Below, piece after piece: positions 7,237-18,347 of a stretch of DNA of 64,000 bases (its first letter is position 1; every line of letters starts with the position of its first letter). Location of the stretch: positions 3,872,001-3,936,000 of the forward strand of contig OY970067.1 of the NCBI GenBank assembly GCA_963705305.1, given 5' to 3'. The notes below the pieces were generated by a model. It did not search any database. It was not told where the DNA came from and worked only from the letters and a program-made list of their open reading frames with translations. The position numbers were made by a program, and so were the translations under genes. Source of the stretch: an uncultured Methylomirabilota bacterium. GTDB lineage: Bacteria; Methylomirabilota; Methylomirabilia; Methylomirabilales; 2-02-FULL-66-22.

Positions 7237-8516
7237 TCGGGCCCATGCTCCTCGGCTTCGCCGTGCTGGCGGTCTGCGGCGTTCCCATCGCAGTGGCCAT
7301 GGGGATCGCCGTCCTTCTCACGATGGGATTCCTCACGCCCTTCCCCATCCTCGGCATGGTGCAGCGGATGGTCACCGGCATCGACTCGTTCGTGTTGATC
7401 TCCATCCCGCTCTTCCTGCTGACCGGCCGGCTGATGAATGTCGGGGGGATCACGAACGACCTGTTCGCCTTCGCCAGGAGCCTCGTCGGGCCGATCCGGG
7501 GAGGGATGGCCCACGCCAACGTCATCGCCAACATGATCCTGGCCGGCATGTCCGGTTCGGCCGTGGCCGACGCGGGCGGGATGGGTGTGGTGGTCATCAA
7601 GGCCATGAGCGATCAAGGGTACCGCCGCGACCTGGCGGGCGCCCTTACCGTCGCCGCCTCGACCATCGGCCCCATCATCCCCCCCAGCATTCCCATGGTT
7701 ATCTATGGTGCCATGGCCGATGTGTCGGTAGGAAGGCTGTTTCTGGGCGGCTGCGTGCCGGGTGTTCTTATGGGGCTGGGACTGATGGTGCTGATCTGGA
7801 TGCTCAGCCGGCGAGAGCGGATGCCCAAGGATAAGCGCTACAGCCTCAGGGAGGTCTGGGCGGCGTTTCGGGCGGCCTTTCTGTCCCTCCTCACGCCGGT
7901 GATCCTGATCGGGGGAATCCTCAGCGGGATCTTCACCCCGACGGAGGCGTCCGCCGTCGCCGCCGTGTACGCCTTTCTGCTCTGTTTTCTCGTGTACAAG
8001 AGCGTGAGTCTCCGGGACGTGCCTTCCATTATCGTGGATACGTTTGTTACGACGGCGGTCGTCACGTTCATCATTTCCGTGACCTCGGGCTTCTCGTATC
8101 TTCTCATCATCGGACGGATCGGCAGCCTGCTGGTGGATCAGACTCTGGCGTTCACACGGAACCCGTTCGTGGTCCTGTTCATCGTGAACGTCGTCCTGCT
8201 CATCCTCGGCTGCCTGATGGAGGCCGGAGTTCTGCTCATTCTCCTCACGCCCATCCTGGTTCCCATGATGGCTGCGCTGGGAGTCGACTTGGTGCACTTC
8301 GGCGTCGTCATGGTCCTCAACCTCATGATCGGCGTGGCGACGCCGCCGGTCGGCATGTGCCTCTTCGTCGTGAGCCAGGCGAACGACATCAAGCTCGAGC
8401 GGCTGATGCGAGAGGTCATCGTGTGGATCCTTCCGTTGATCGCGACACTGTTTCTGATCACCTACTTTCCCGGCCTGGTCATGACAGTTCCCAACTGGCT
8501 GATGCCGGGAAAATAG
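7233..8516 (+). CDS. dctM: TRAP transporter large permease (DctM)
   Basis: SGSAVAD, GPIIPPSIP, GIFTPTEA, HFGV, TPPVG motifs. Confidence 0.95.
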   Translation: MIGPMLLGFAVLAVCGVPIAVAMGIAVLLTMGFLTPFPILGMVQRMVTGIDSFVLISIPLFLLTGRLMNVGGITNDLFAFARSLVGPIRGGMAHANVIANMILAGMSGSAVADAGGMGVVVIKAMSDQGYRRDLAGALTVAASTIGPIIPPSIPMVIYGAMADVSVGRLFLGGCVPGVLMGLGLMVLIWMLSRRERMPKDKRYSLREVWAAFRAAFLSLLTPVILIGGILSGIFTPTEASAVAAVYAFLLCFLVYKSVSLRDVPSIIVDTFVTTAVVTFIISVTSGFSYLLIIGRIGSLLVDQTLAFTRNPFVVLFIVNVVLLILGCLMEAGVLLILLTPILVPMMAALGVDLVHFGVVMVLNLMIGVATPPVGMCLFVVSQANDIKLERLMREVIVWILPLIATLFLITYFPGLVMTVPNWLMPGK

Positions 8517-8598
8517 AGTAGAAAAGGGGGTGGTTCCAGGGCGGACAGGCTCAGGCGGGCGGATGTGGATTCCAGTCTGACAACAGGAGGATCTGCAG

Positions 8599-9582
8599 AT
8601 GAAGTGCGTCTATGCAGGATTCATCGCGTGTGTTGTGATCGTGAGCCTGGCGGTGCTGCCCTCGGTATCGGGGGCACAGACGTACACGGCGAAGATAGGA
8701 ATCGGGCATCCGCCTGGACAGTCGTTCGTCGTGGCCTCCGAGAAGTTCAAGGAGATGGTTGAGCAGCGGACCAACGGGCGCCTGAAGGTGCAGATCTACC
8801 CCAGCAGCCAGCTCGGCGGCGAGCGGGAGATGCAGGAGATGGTGGCGCTGGGAACCCTGGAGATGAGCGTGAGCGGCGTCGCGGTCGTGTACGAACCGCT
8901 CTTCGCCCTGCTGGAGGCGCCGTACCTGTTTCGCGACCGGGAGCAAATCAGAAAGGTGTACGCGAGCCCGGTGGTGGCGGACCTCTCGCAGGGATTGCTG
9001 GCCAAAGGGATCCGGGTTGTCGGCTTCTATGAGAACGGATTCCGGCAGATCACCAACAGCACGCGGCCCATCAATACCCCCGCCGACGCCAAGGGACTGA
9101 AGATCCGCACCCCCGAGAACCTGGCCCAGATCGAGACGTTCAAGGCGCTGGGAGCGATTCCGACCCCCATGGCCTACAACGAGTTGTACAATGCCATGGC
9201 CCAGGGGGTTGTGGACGGGCAGGAAAATCCGCTGCAGAACATCTGGACCGGCAAGATGTATGAGGTGCAGAAGTATCTGGCCATGACCGGCCACATCTAC
9301 AACAGCGCCTACGTCATCGCCAACAACAAGTTCTGGACCGGCCTCCCCGCCGATATTCGCAAGATCGCCGACGAGTCGCTGACGGAGGCCTGCAACTGGC
9401 AGATGGACTACGTCGCCAATCTGGACAAGAAGCTGCTGGAGGATCTCAAGGCCAAGGGCATGCAGGTGACCTCTCCCGACCGGGAGGCCTTCCGCAAGGC
9501 CACCGCCCCCGCGTACGATGCCTTCTACGCCAAGTTCGGGGATCGCGCCCGGAAGATCATCGACACCATTCGAGGCATGTGA
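8599..9582 (+). CDS. dctP: TRAP substrate-binding protein (DctP)
   Basis: Signal peptide. YPSSQLG, NGFRQ, KGLKIRTP, GVVDGQENP. Confidence 0.95.
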   Translation: MKCVYAGFIACVVIVSLAVLPSVSGAQTYTAKIGIGHPPGQSFVVASEKFKEMVEQRTNGRLKVQIYPSSQLGGEREMQEMVALGTLEMSVSGVAVVYEPLFALLEAPYLFRDREQIRKVYASPVVADLSQGLLAKGIRVVGFYENGFRQITNSTRPINTPADAKGLKIRTPENLAQIETFKALGAIPTPMAYNELYNAMAQGVVDGQENPLQNIWTGKMYEVQKYLAMTGHIYNSAYVIANNKFWTGLPADIRKIADESLTEACNWQMDYVANLDKKLLEDLKAKGMQVTSPDREAFRKATAPAYDAFYAKFGDRARKIIDTIRGM

Positions 9583-9633
9583 CCTGCATCAATCACGAAG
9601 AGTGCAGGATGGGTCATTGCTCATGTGATCCGG

Positions 9634-9664
9634 GGCCGGGGCCGATGCGGAATCGGCCCCGGCC
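9634..9664 (+). terminator. GC-rich hairpin after dctP
   Basis: GGCCGGGGCCGAT-GCGGA-ATCGGCCCCGGCC, no U-tract. Confidence 0.45.
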
Positions 9665-9686
9665 GATCTGAAAGGAAGGCGGCGGC

Positions 9687-10029
9687 ATGGCAGGGCGCGA
9701 CGTAGCGGTCGTGGTGCAAAAGGGGGATCATTCCCTCGGCTACTACGATTTTCACACCGGCGAGGAAATCGATCGCGTGCTGCCGACACGCGGACGGGGC
9801 TCCCATATGGTCAATCGGGAGAGCGCCGAATCAACCCAGCCGGCAGCAGGTGGTGCCTCTTCCGGCCAAGGCCATTTCGGTCGGATACTATGCGGCCAGC
9901 CAGACGGCCCTCCTCAGCACGCACGCTCACGAAGTGTGTCTGGTGGATGTGAAGGCGGGCCGGCTTATCCGGTCCATCCGAACGCGCAGCGATCCGGATC
10001 CCGTATCGGTGATCTCTCTGGAAGCCTGA
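9687..10029 (+). pseudogene. Internally deleted, frameshifted remnant of a YncE/YVTN-like beta-propeller gene
   Basis: The start VVVQKGDHSLGYYDFHTGEEI and a second-frame end ...EVCLVDVKAGRLIRSIRTRSDPDPVSVISLEA* resemble first and last blades. Only about 114 codons in total. Confidence 0.5.
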
Positions 10030-10086
10030 GGTCGGACGGCACGTGAGGGCGGGTTGCCCCGCGGCTGCCGGTGGAGGTGAAGTGCG

Positions 10087-10833
10087 ATGGATCTTACGTT
10101 GCGTGACACGTTCGTGAGTCGCTGGCGGCAGCGTTTTGGCTCGGCGGAGCTTCCCATGACCTTCCAGTACACCAACCAGGATCGCGGCCTGGAGGCGGTG
10201 AAGCCACCTGCCGGACACTGCTGTATCCTGGCCACGCTGGCCCGGGTCCGGGCGGGCGAATCGTTGCGGTTCGACGTGCAGGGCGTCGGCTGCGGCGGAG
10301 GACAGCGATACCTTGGATTCACCGAGGCGATCCGGCCGAAGTTCGAGTACTTCCTCTCCGTCGGCATTCCCGGCGAGCTCGAGGGGGAGCGCTACAAGAA
10401 ATCGCCGGAGCTGGTGCGGGAGGTCCTGAGGCACCAACCCGGGTTCAAGGCGCCGGCGCCGTTCATCGTCTTCAAGCGCTGGGATGTCCTGCAGGCGGCG
10501 GATGAGCCCGCCGTGGTCGTGTTCTTTGCCCGGCCGGATGTGCTCTCGGGGCTCTTCACGCTGGCCAATTTTGACGAGGCAGAGCTGAATGGTGTCGCCG
10601 CGCCCTTTGCCGCGGGCTGCGGCTCCATGGTGCAGTACCCGTTTCTGGAAGGGTTGGCGGAACGGCCGCGGGCGGTGCTGGGGATGTTCAACGTCTCGGC
10701 GCGCCCATTTGTGCCTGCCGACACGCTGAGCTTTGCGGTCCCCATGCGCAAGTTTCGCCGCATGGTGGAGAATATGGAGGAGAGCTTCCTGATCACGCCC
10801 TCGTGGGAGAAGGTCCACAGGCGGATCGGGTGA
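10087..10833 (+). CDS. DUF169 family protein
   Basis: HC...GCGGG.RYLG...GE.YKKSPE...FF..PD.LSGLF.LANF...GCGS pattern. GGAGG RBS. Confidence 0.75.
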   Translation: MDLTLRDTFVSRWRQRFGSAELPMTFQYTNQDRGLEAVKPPAGHCCILATLARVRAGESLRFDVQGVGCGGGQRYLGFTEAIRPKFEYFLSVGIPGELEGERYKKSPELVREVLRHQPGFKAPAPFIVFKRWDVLQAADEPAVVVFFARPDVLSGLFTLANFDEAELNGVAAPFAAGCGSMVQYPFLEGLAERPRAVLGMFNVSARPFVPADTLSFAVPMRKFRRMVENMEESFLITPSWEKVHRRIG

Positions 10834-10855
10834 GACTGGGGGAGAGGACAGCCCA

Positions 10856-11917
10856 ATGAGCAGACAGCTGTTTCTGGACCTGGCCCGTTCCGGACTCCGC
10901 ATGCCCATCGCCACGGACCTGGTTCTTCACGAGCACCCGGATCCGGACGGCATTCTCCTCGACGGCCAGGCGCTGGGCCGGGTGGTCGAGGAGACGGCTC
11001 GACGCTACCAGACACCGCTGGCCTTCGGCCACATGGACCTGAGCCGAGAGAAGGCCGCTCTCCTCAGCTGTCTCGGCGTCCCGCCGGAGCGCATTCCCAC
11101 CTACCATTTCGAGGAATGCCCGACGCCGGACATGATCGCTCACCTGGCCGAGCGCCTGGCGGGGCGGCTGCACCCCCAGCTCCAGGCGCAGGTGGATGCC
11201 GTGCGCCACATCGCGACCCGGACGAACCTGGTCCCGATCGGCATGGCCATCGGCCCCTTCTCGCTGATGACCAAGCTGCTGGCAGATCCGATCACGCCCA
11301 TCTACCTGGCGGGTTCGGGTGTGACGGGAGAGGACGACCCCGACGTGCAGATGGTCGAGCGGCTGCTCGAGCTGTCCACCCGGGTCGTCCTGCGGACGGT
11401 CACAGCCCAGGTGGAGGCCGGGGCGAGAGCCGTATTCATGGCGGAGCCGGCGGCCAACGTGGTCTACCTCTCACCCAAACAGATGGCGGCGGGCTCCGAC
11501 ATATTCGAACGGTGCGTGATGGCATGGGATCGTCGGGTCAAGGCCGAGCTGGACCGGCTGGGGGCGGAGCTCGTCTTCCACTGCTGCGGGGAGCTGACCG
11601 AGCACATGCTGCGGGCCTTCACCACGCTGCACCCGGCCCTGCTCAGCCTGGGCAGCTCGCGGCGGCTCTGGGAAGACGCGGCCCTGGTTCCCAAGGACAT
11701 CGTGCTGTACGGCAACCTGCCGACCAAACACTTCTACTCCGACGCACAGGTCAGCCTGGAGGAGGTCCAGCAGCGGACCTGTGAACTGATCCACCGCATG
11801 CGCGAGGTCGGGCATCCCCTGATCCTGGGCAGCGAATGCGACGTCCTGAGCGTTCCGGGCTCCGAGCGGAGGATCAAGGAGAAGGTGGACGCGTTCGTCC
11901 GGTGCCGATGCGACTAG
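10856..11917 (+). CDS. Uroporphyrinogen decarboxylase / MtaA-CmuA methyltransferase superfamily protein
   Basis: GPFSL, AEP.A, FHCCG, LYGNLP, ILGSECDV (H-x-C...C Zn-type ligands). Confidence 0.8.
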   Translation: MSRQLFLDLARSGLRMPIATDLVLHEHPDPDGILLDGQALGRVVEETARRYQTPLAFGHMDLSREKAALLSCLGVPPERIPTYHFEECPTPDMIAHLAERLAGRLHPQLQAQVDAVRHIATRTNLVPIGMAIGPFSLMTKLLADPITPIYLAGSGVTGEDDPDVQMVERLLELSTRVVLRTVTAQVEAGARAVFMAEPAANVVYLSPKQMAAGSDIFERCVMAWDRRVKAELDRLGAELVFHCCGELTEHMLRAFTTLHPALLSLGSSRRLWEDAALVPKDIVLYGNLPTKHFYSDAQVSLEEVQQRTCELIHRMREVGHPLILGSECDVLSVPGSERRIKEKVDAFVRCRCD

Positions 11918-11981
11918 GATCGAAGTCCGCCGGGCGTGGACCCAGGGCCGACATGCCCATTGTCCGACAAGGAGGAGACGA

Positions 11982-13619
11982 ATGAAGGTCGCTGCCGCCA
12001 TTGCCGATATCCTGAAGCGAGAAGGGGTGGAGCGTCTCATCGGCTACCCCGTCAATCCGGTCATCGAGGCCGCCGCGCAGGCCGACATCCGGACCCTCAT
12101 CGTCCGCCAGGAGCGGGTGGGACTGCACATGGCCGATGCCATCAGCCGCCTCAGTTCGGGGCGGCAGATCGGCGTCTTCGCCCTCCAGCACGGCCCGGGG
12201 GCGGAGAATTCGTTCGGCGGGGTCGCCCAGGCGTTCGGGGAGTCGGTGCCGATCGTCGTCCTGGCGGCCGGCTACCCGCGGCGGCTGAACAACTTCCCCC
12301 CCTATTTCAACGCTTACTTGAACTATCAGCATGTCACCAAGTCGATCGAGCAGGTCACCTGCGCCGACGCAGTGCCGGACATTCTCCGGCGCGCCTTCAT
12401 GCAGGCCCGGAACGGCCGGCCGCGGCCCGCGCTGGTGGAGATTCCCACCGATGTGTTTCCCGAGGAGGTGCCGGAGCCGTTGGCCTACCGCCCCGCGTTC
12501 ACCGCCCGCTGCGCCCCGGACCCGCGGGACGTGACGGCCGCAGCACGGGTCCTGGTCGAGGCGCAGCGTCCCGTCATCTATGCGGGGCAGGGGGTTCACT
12601 ACGCGCGCGCCTGGGAGTCCCTGCGCGCCCTGGCGGAGCTGCTGGAGGCCCCGGTAGTGACGAGCCTGGAGGGCAAGAGCGCCTTCCCCGAGGAGCACCC
12701 CCTGTCCCTCGGCTCGGGGGGCCGCTCCGTCCCGAAGACCGTCCATCACTTTTTGCAGACCGCGGATCTCATCTTTGGGATCGGCTGCAGCTTCGTCACC
12801 AGCAACTTCGCCGTGCCCATCCCGCGCGGCAAGACCATCGTGCACGCCACGCTGGATCCGGGCGATTTGGGGCGGTGTGTGCCGGTGGACCACGGGCTGG
12901 TCGGCGATGCCGGGCTGACCCTGGAAGCGCTGCGGGTCGAGATCGAGGAGCGGCTGGGGAGCGCGCCACGCGGGCGCGCCGGCCAGCTGGCGCAAGAGAT
13001 CGCGGCGGTGCGGGCCGAGTGGCTGGCCCAGTGGCTGCCCAAGCGATCCTCGGATGCGGTGCCCCTGTCGCCGTACCGGGTCCTGCGCGATCTCGCCCAG
13101 ACGGTGGATCGAGCCAACACCATCATCACGCACGATGCGGGAAGCCCCCGCGACCAGCTCTCTCCGTTTTGGAACACGGTGGAACCGCAGACCTACATCG
13201 GCTGGGGAAAGACCACCCAGCTGGGGTACGGCTTGGGGTTGATGATGGGGGCCAAGCTGGCGCGCCCCGAAAAGCTGTGCATCAATGTCTGGGGCGACGC
13301 AGCCATCGGGTTCACCGGGATGGATTTCGAGACCGCAGTGCGGGAGCGGATTCCCATCCTGTCGGTGCTTCTGAACAACTCCTCCATGGCCATGGAGATC
13401 CCGGTCATGAAGGTCGCCACCGAGAAGTACCGGAGCACCGACATCTCGGGTCACTATGCCGATATGGCGCGGGCGTTCGGAGGCTACGGAGAGCGTGTCA
13501 CCCAGCCGGGGGAGATCGTCCCCGCCATCCGGCGCGCCATCCGCCAGACCCAAGAGGGCGTGCCGGCGCTGCTGGAGTTCATCACCGCGCGCGAGATCGA
13601 GTACTCGCTGTATCGGTAG
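11982..13619 (+). CDS. Thiamine diphosphate-dependent enzyme (acetolactate synthase-like, catabolic)
   Basis: RQER...MADA, GPGAEN and the GDAA...LLNN ThDP motif. Divergent from the genuine ilvB at 45 kb. Confidence 0.9.
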   Translation: MKVAAAIADILKREGVERLIGYPVNPVIEAAAQADIRTLIVRQERVGLHMADAISRLSSGRQIGVFALQHGPGAENSFGGVAQAFGESVPIVVLAAGYPRRLNNFPPYFNAYLNYQHVTKSIEQVTCADAVPDILRRAFMQARNGRPRPALVEIPTDVFPEEVPEPLAYRPAFTARCAPDPRDVTAAARVLVEAQRPVIYAGQGVHYARAWESLRALAELLEAPVVTSLEGKSAFPEEHPLSLGSGGRSVPKTVHHFLQTADLIFGIGCSFVTSNFAVPIPRGKTIVHATLDPGDLGRCVPVDHGLVGDAGLTLEALRVEIEERLGSAPRGRAGQLAQEIAAVRAEWLAQWLPKRSSDAVPLSPYRVLRDLAQTVDRANTIITHDAGSPRDQLSPFWNTVEPQTYIGWGKTTQLGYGLGLMMGAKLARPEKLCINVWGDAAIGFTGMDFETAVRERIPILSVLLNNSSMAMEIPVMKVATEKYRSTDISGHYADMARAFGGYGERVTQPGEIVPAIRRAIRQTQEGVPALLEFITAREIEYSLYR

Positions 13620-13978
13620 CCGGCCGCCGCACGGACCGCAGGCGGGCGAGCGGCCCGTTAGGAAACCTCACGGGACAGATCCGGTCCGCATTCGCGTCGG
13701 CCCCGACCGCACGCGCTTGCTCTCGTGTTTTCCCGCCTTGAATAAGTCTCCTGTGTGGGCCATATTTAGTCCGACGATTTCGGGGCGAGCGGGGGCCGCG
13801 CGACGCGGGTGTGGCGGCGCGTCACGCTGGAGGCCGATCCGGTTTCGGGGGGCCGTGCAGGGTGTCGACCGGGGTCGCCCGGGTTGGCGGCGAGAAGGAA
13901 GGAGGTGAGAGGCAGGCACCGGAAGTGGAGCGTTGCAGAGCGTGATCCGTGGATGGCCAGCCTACAGGAGGGAATGCC

Positions 13979-15181
13979 ATGGCAGAGAAAGAGGAGCCGC
14001 GGGGCACGGGAGAGTCGTCGGACGTTGACCGCCGAACCTTCCTGAAGTACAGCGCGGCGGTGGGGAGTGCGGCCATGCTGAGCGGGGTCGCGTTCGAGAC
14101 GGCGAGTGCGATGGACACGGAGCGGAGCACTGCCGGAGGCGTTCGCGTGTTGGGCTGCAATCCCATGACCTCGACCGACGGATACTGGGACAACTCCAGG
14201 CCCCCGGCGATCCGGGTCAAGTCGGGGGATGTCGTTCAGGTGGAGACCGGAACCCACCTGATGGGAAAGATGGTGCCCGGAGCGGACATCAACGACTGGA
14301 TGAAGTGGTATCAGGAGGTCATCGATCGGACCCCCGAGACCTACACCTATCCCGACCCAACGACGGGGTCCAAGAAGATCAAGAAGGGGGGCGGGCATCA
14401 CCATTTGACCGGTCCGATCTATATCGACGGGGCCGAGCCCGGCGATATCCTGCAGATCGAAATTCTCGACATCGTTCCGAATGCCTACGGCTTCAACCTC
14501 TACCCTGAGACGTTATTCATGAAGCTGGGTCTCCTGCCCGAAGAATACCCGCATGGCGTGGTCAGATGGTATTATGCCGACCTCGAGAAGAAGAAGTTCG
14601 AATTCCTCCCGGGAATCGAGATCCCGATTCGCCCCTTCCCCGGGACCATCGGTGTGGAATTGCCGGACGCGGGCATGTGGAGCAACGTCCCGCCCGGGAG
14701 GCACGGCGGGAACCTCGACAACAAGGACCTGGTTGCCGGAACCGTGCTGTACCTCCCCGTGTGGGTGAAAGGGGCCAACCTCAAGACGGGTGATTCCCAT
14801 CTGGCGCAGGGTCACGGCGAGGTGGACCTGAACGGATTGGAGGGGGCCTTCCGGAACATCACGCTCCGCGTGACGGCGCGGAAGGATCTGAAGGAGCTCG
14901 TGGATTGGCCCATGGCGTCCACTCCGACCCACTGGATGACCATGGGGATCCATACCGACCTGCTGGAATCCTCCAAGATGGCAGTCCGGAAGGCGATCAC
15001 TTTCCTGAACAAATACTACGGGCTGTCCAAAGGGGAGGCCTACGCGTTCTGCAGCATGGCTGTGGATCTGCATGTCACCCAGCTGGTGGATTACACGCTG
15101 GGAATCCACGCCATGATTCCCAAGACGGTTTTCGTGGGGAAGCAGTATGCGGAAAAGAACGAGCTGCTCTTGAAGGCCTGA
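13979..15181 (+). CDS. Acetamidase/formamidase (FmdA/AmdA) family protein with a twin-arginine signal
   Basis: DRRTFLK Tat motif. HLTGPIYIDGAEPGD, PFPG, HGGNLD, GDSHLAQGHGE. Confidence 0.9.
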   Translation: MAEKEEPRGTGESSDVDRRTFLKYSAAVGSAAMLSGVAFETASAMDTERSTAGGVRVLGCNPMTSTDGYWDNSRPPAIRVKSGDVVQVETGTHLMGKMVPGADINDWMKWYQEVIDRTPETYTYPDPTTGSKKIKKGGGHHHLTGPIYIDGAEPGDILQIEILDIVPNAYGFNLYPETLFMKLGLLPEEYPHGVVRWYYADLEKKKFEFLPGIEIPIRPFPGTIGVELPDAGMWSNVPPGRHGGNLDNKDLVAGTVLYLPVWVKGANLKTGDSHLAQGHGEVDLNGLEGAFRNITLRVTARKDLKELVDWPMASTPTHWMTMGIHTDLLESSKMAVRKAITFLNKYYGLSKGEAYAFCSMAVDLHVTQLVDYTLGIHAMIPKTVFVGKQYAEKNELLLKA

Positions 15182-15305
15182 GGCCCGCCGGCCGGTCCGC
15201 CCGGGGTGCGTGCCCGGGCGGACCGGCCGAGACCGCCCGGCGACCGCACACGTCCACCGGTGTGGGGCCCACCGACCGCCCGCGAGCTTCTCCCTGTCGC
15301 TGCCT

Positions 15306-17976
15306 CTACTCCGGCACGGGACCCAGCGTCACCTGGACAAAATCGCCAGGCCGGATCCATTTGGCAAAGGCCTTCTGGACGTTCCTGCGCGGAAATCTCC
15401 AGATAGCGGCGGGCCGCGCGCGCCGGCTCATCCAGCGGAAGGTCCCGCTGAGACAACCTGAGCAGTTCGCCCGCGATGCTGTCCATGCTGGATTGCGAGA
15501 GGGGAATCTGGCGAAGGAGCAGCGTCTTGGCCTGCTGCAGCTCGGCCGGTGTGACCGGCGCGCCCTGCATCTGCTGGAGGTCCTTTTCGAGGATGGCTCG
15601 GGCCTTGGAGACGTTGGGGGGATCGCAGCCGTACACGACAGCGAAGATCGATCGCGTCTTGCCGACGTCCAGCACGGCATCCACATAGTAGACGAGACCG
15701 CGCTCCTCGCGCAGGTCCCGGAAAAGCCGGGTGGCGTAGAAGGCTCCCGCCAGGACGTGCCGGCCGACCTGCAGCGCGTAGTAGTCGGGGTCGGATCGCA
15801 CGAGGCCGAGCGTCTCGGCCAGCGTCACCTCGTCCTGCACCCGGCTGGTATCCGGCACCGCGGTGGTGGCCGGAGTGTTCAGGGGGACGGGCGGCAAATC
15901 GGTTTGGGGCTTCGGTCCTACGGCCTTCCACCCGCCGAAGTATTTTTCAACGATCGAGCGGGCTTCCTCCGGAGAGACGCGGCCGATGACGACAATGGTG
16001 GTCATGTCGGGGCGGAACGTCGCGCGATAGTACGCCGCGACATCCTCCAAGGTCAGCGATTTTACGCTGCCCGGAGTCGCCTGGCGAAGGGCGGGGTCGT
16101 GTGGCGGGTAGAGCCCGGCCCGGACCGCCCGGTGGGCCAGATGGGACGGGGAGCGCAGCCGGCCCACCAGCGCACTCGCAATCTCCTCCTGTGTGATCTT
16201 GAATGCGGCGGGCGGGAGCGCCGGGGAGAGCAGGTTCTCGGCGAGCAGGCGGACCCCCTGGTCAAAGTGCTGCGACAGGACCTGCAGAGAAAAGCTCGAG
16301 CCCGCGGAGAGGTTCGCCGCGATCCCGTCCACGGCTTCCTGGAAGGCCAGCCGATCCAGGGTGGTCGTCCCGTAGGAGAAGAGGCTGTCCAGGAGCTCGG
16401 CCACGCCATCCTGGCCCGGGGGTTGCTGGAGGTCGGGGTTGGTCTTGACGCTGCCAAGGAGGGTGATGGTGGGGCTGATGGTCTCCGGCTGGACGATCAG
16501 CCGCAGACCGTTGGGAAGAACCATCGCGGACGGATGGGCCATCGAAACCGGGGCAACCGGGGGCTCCAACGCCTTCTGCGCCCAGTCGGGGACCGGGACG
16601 GGCTTGGTCTCCTTGGGGGTGAACGACTCCGGCCCGCGCCCGAACCCGCCAGAGGCAACCGGCTGTCCCGAGGGGTGCGGCGTGAGGATGCCGACGATCG
16701 CGGTGTCGTTCACCAGGTATTCCCTGGCCACGCGATTCACGTCGGCGACGGTGACCTGCTTGATGGCGTCGATGTCGGCGTCGGGAGAGGGACGGCCTTC
16801 GACGGCCAGCGCCTGGGACCAGGCGGACGCCAGGCCCGAGATCGAGTTTTTCTCGAACTCCGCGTCGGCGATCTCGTGCTGCTTGGCGGCTTCCACCAGA
16901 TCCGACGGGACACCGTCCTTGGCGTAGGCGGCGATGATGTCCTTCAGGACTCCGACCAGCGCCTGCCCGTCGGTGCCGGGAGGGAAGGCGGCGGTCGCAA
17001 ACCCCATGGCGGCCTTCGGCAGGGGGCTCGCGTCGAACCCTGCGGAGAGGGCCTTGCCCTCCGTCACGAGGGCGTACAGTTTGGCGCGCTGGCTGTCCAG
17101 GATATCCGCCAGGACCTCGCCGGCGGCGAAATCGGGGCTGTCAAACCCCGGCAGGCGATACGCCACTGTGACCGTGCCGTAGGGCCGGTCCGTCTCCATG
17201 GCGATCGTCGCCGGCGTCAGCGGCTGCAAGTGGATCTCTGGTCGCGGAGGGAGGGGCAGGGAGGGAATGGGCTCGAACAGCTGCCTGACGATTTCCAGCG
17301 TGCGAGCGGGGTCGATATCGCCCACGATCACCAAGATGGCGTTGTTCGGTGCGTACCAGGTGTCGTGAAACTTTTGGAGCATGGCGCCGGTGGTCCGGGC
17401 GAAGGACTCGCGCGTTCCGAGCGCGTCGTGGGCATAGACGGTGCCGGCGTACATGACCTGGAGCAGCTTGGTGTAGAAGAGATACTCGGGGTTCGAAAGG
17501 TCCTGGGCGACTTCCTGGTCGATCGCCCCCCGCTCCTGCTGCCACAACGTCTCCGAGTCGAGGACGCCGCGCATCCGGACGGCCTCGATGTGGAGCGCGA
17601 TCTCGAGATCGTCGGCCGGGACTGAGAAGACATATTGCGTGACCGTCTGCTGGGTATCGGCGTTGAAGTCTCCGCCCATGGCGGCGGTGATCGTGGCCAG
17701 CTGCGCCGCGGAGAGGCCCGGGCTGCCCCGGAACATCATGTGCTCCTGGGCGTGCGCTGTGCCGGGAAAGCCCGGAGGGGCTTCGTTCGACCCCACCAGG
17801 TAGTTGAGCTCCGTCGTCACGACGGGTGCCAGGGCATTGTGCACGATAACCACCCGCAGGCCGTTCTTCAGCGTGGCCTGCAGAACGCCCTCGGCCGCCC
17901 CGGCAGCCGTAGAGCCGGCCAGCACGGTCAGCATCGCGATGAGCGCCGCCAGGATCGGCAGCCGTTTTGGTGTCAT
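15306..17976 (-). CDS. Secreted M16 (pitrilysin/insulinase) zinc peptidase, double-domain, with a +1 frameshift at 15378-15384
   Basis: Signal peptide, LKNGL, HAQEHMMFRGS (HxxEH), second LPNGL repeat. The C-terminus continues in another frame as DVQKAFAKWIRPGDFVQVTLGP. Confidence 0.9.
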
Positions 17977-18347
17977 GGTGTTCCTCCTTGGAGTGCGCTG
18001 CCAAACGCGTCGGTCGATTGTCGGATGCTACCATGCTATCGAATCCTCCGAAAGCAATGTGACCGACCGAGCCGGGCCTGACCGGGACGGGGCGCGGCGG
18101 GAAGGGAAGCCAAGGCGATGCCCGGGGGGGTGCCGATCTCGCGACGAGCGCTCGCCGCCGGAGCGGGAGATCGGCGCACGTTGCCGGGAAATCGCTTGAC
18201 AGGCCTGCTGGGCGTCGATACGATTTTTTCAGATGGAAGCGCCCGTTCTGGCGTGATCCGCGGACCGCGCCAACGTTGAAACGCTCATCGAGAGTCCGGG
18301 AGCGAGGGGTTTGACGGCCGTCCAGGCCCCGACGCCGGAGACGCAGT

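Noticed and set aside
15091..15380. M16 peptidase C-terminal extension overlapping the amidase gene
   Set aside because: Produced by the frameshift at 15378-15384. The real stop is at 15306.
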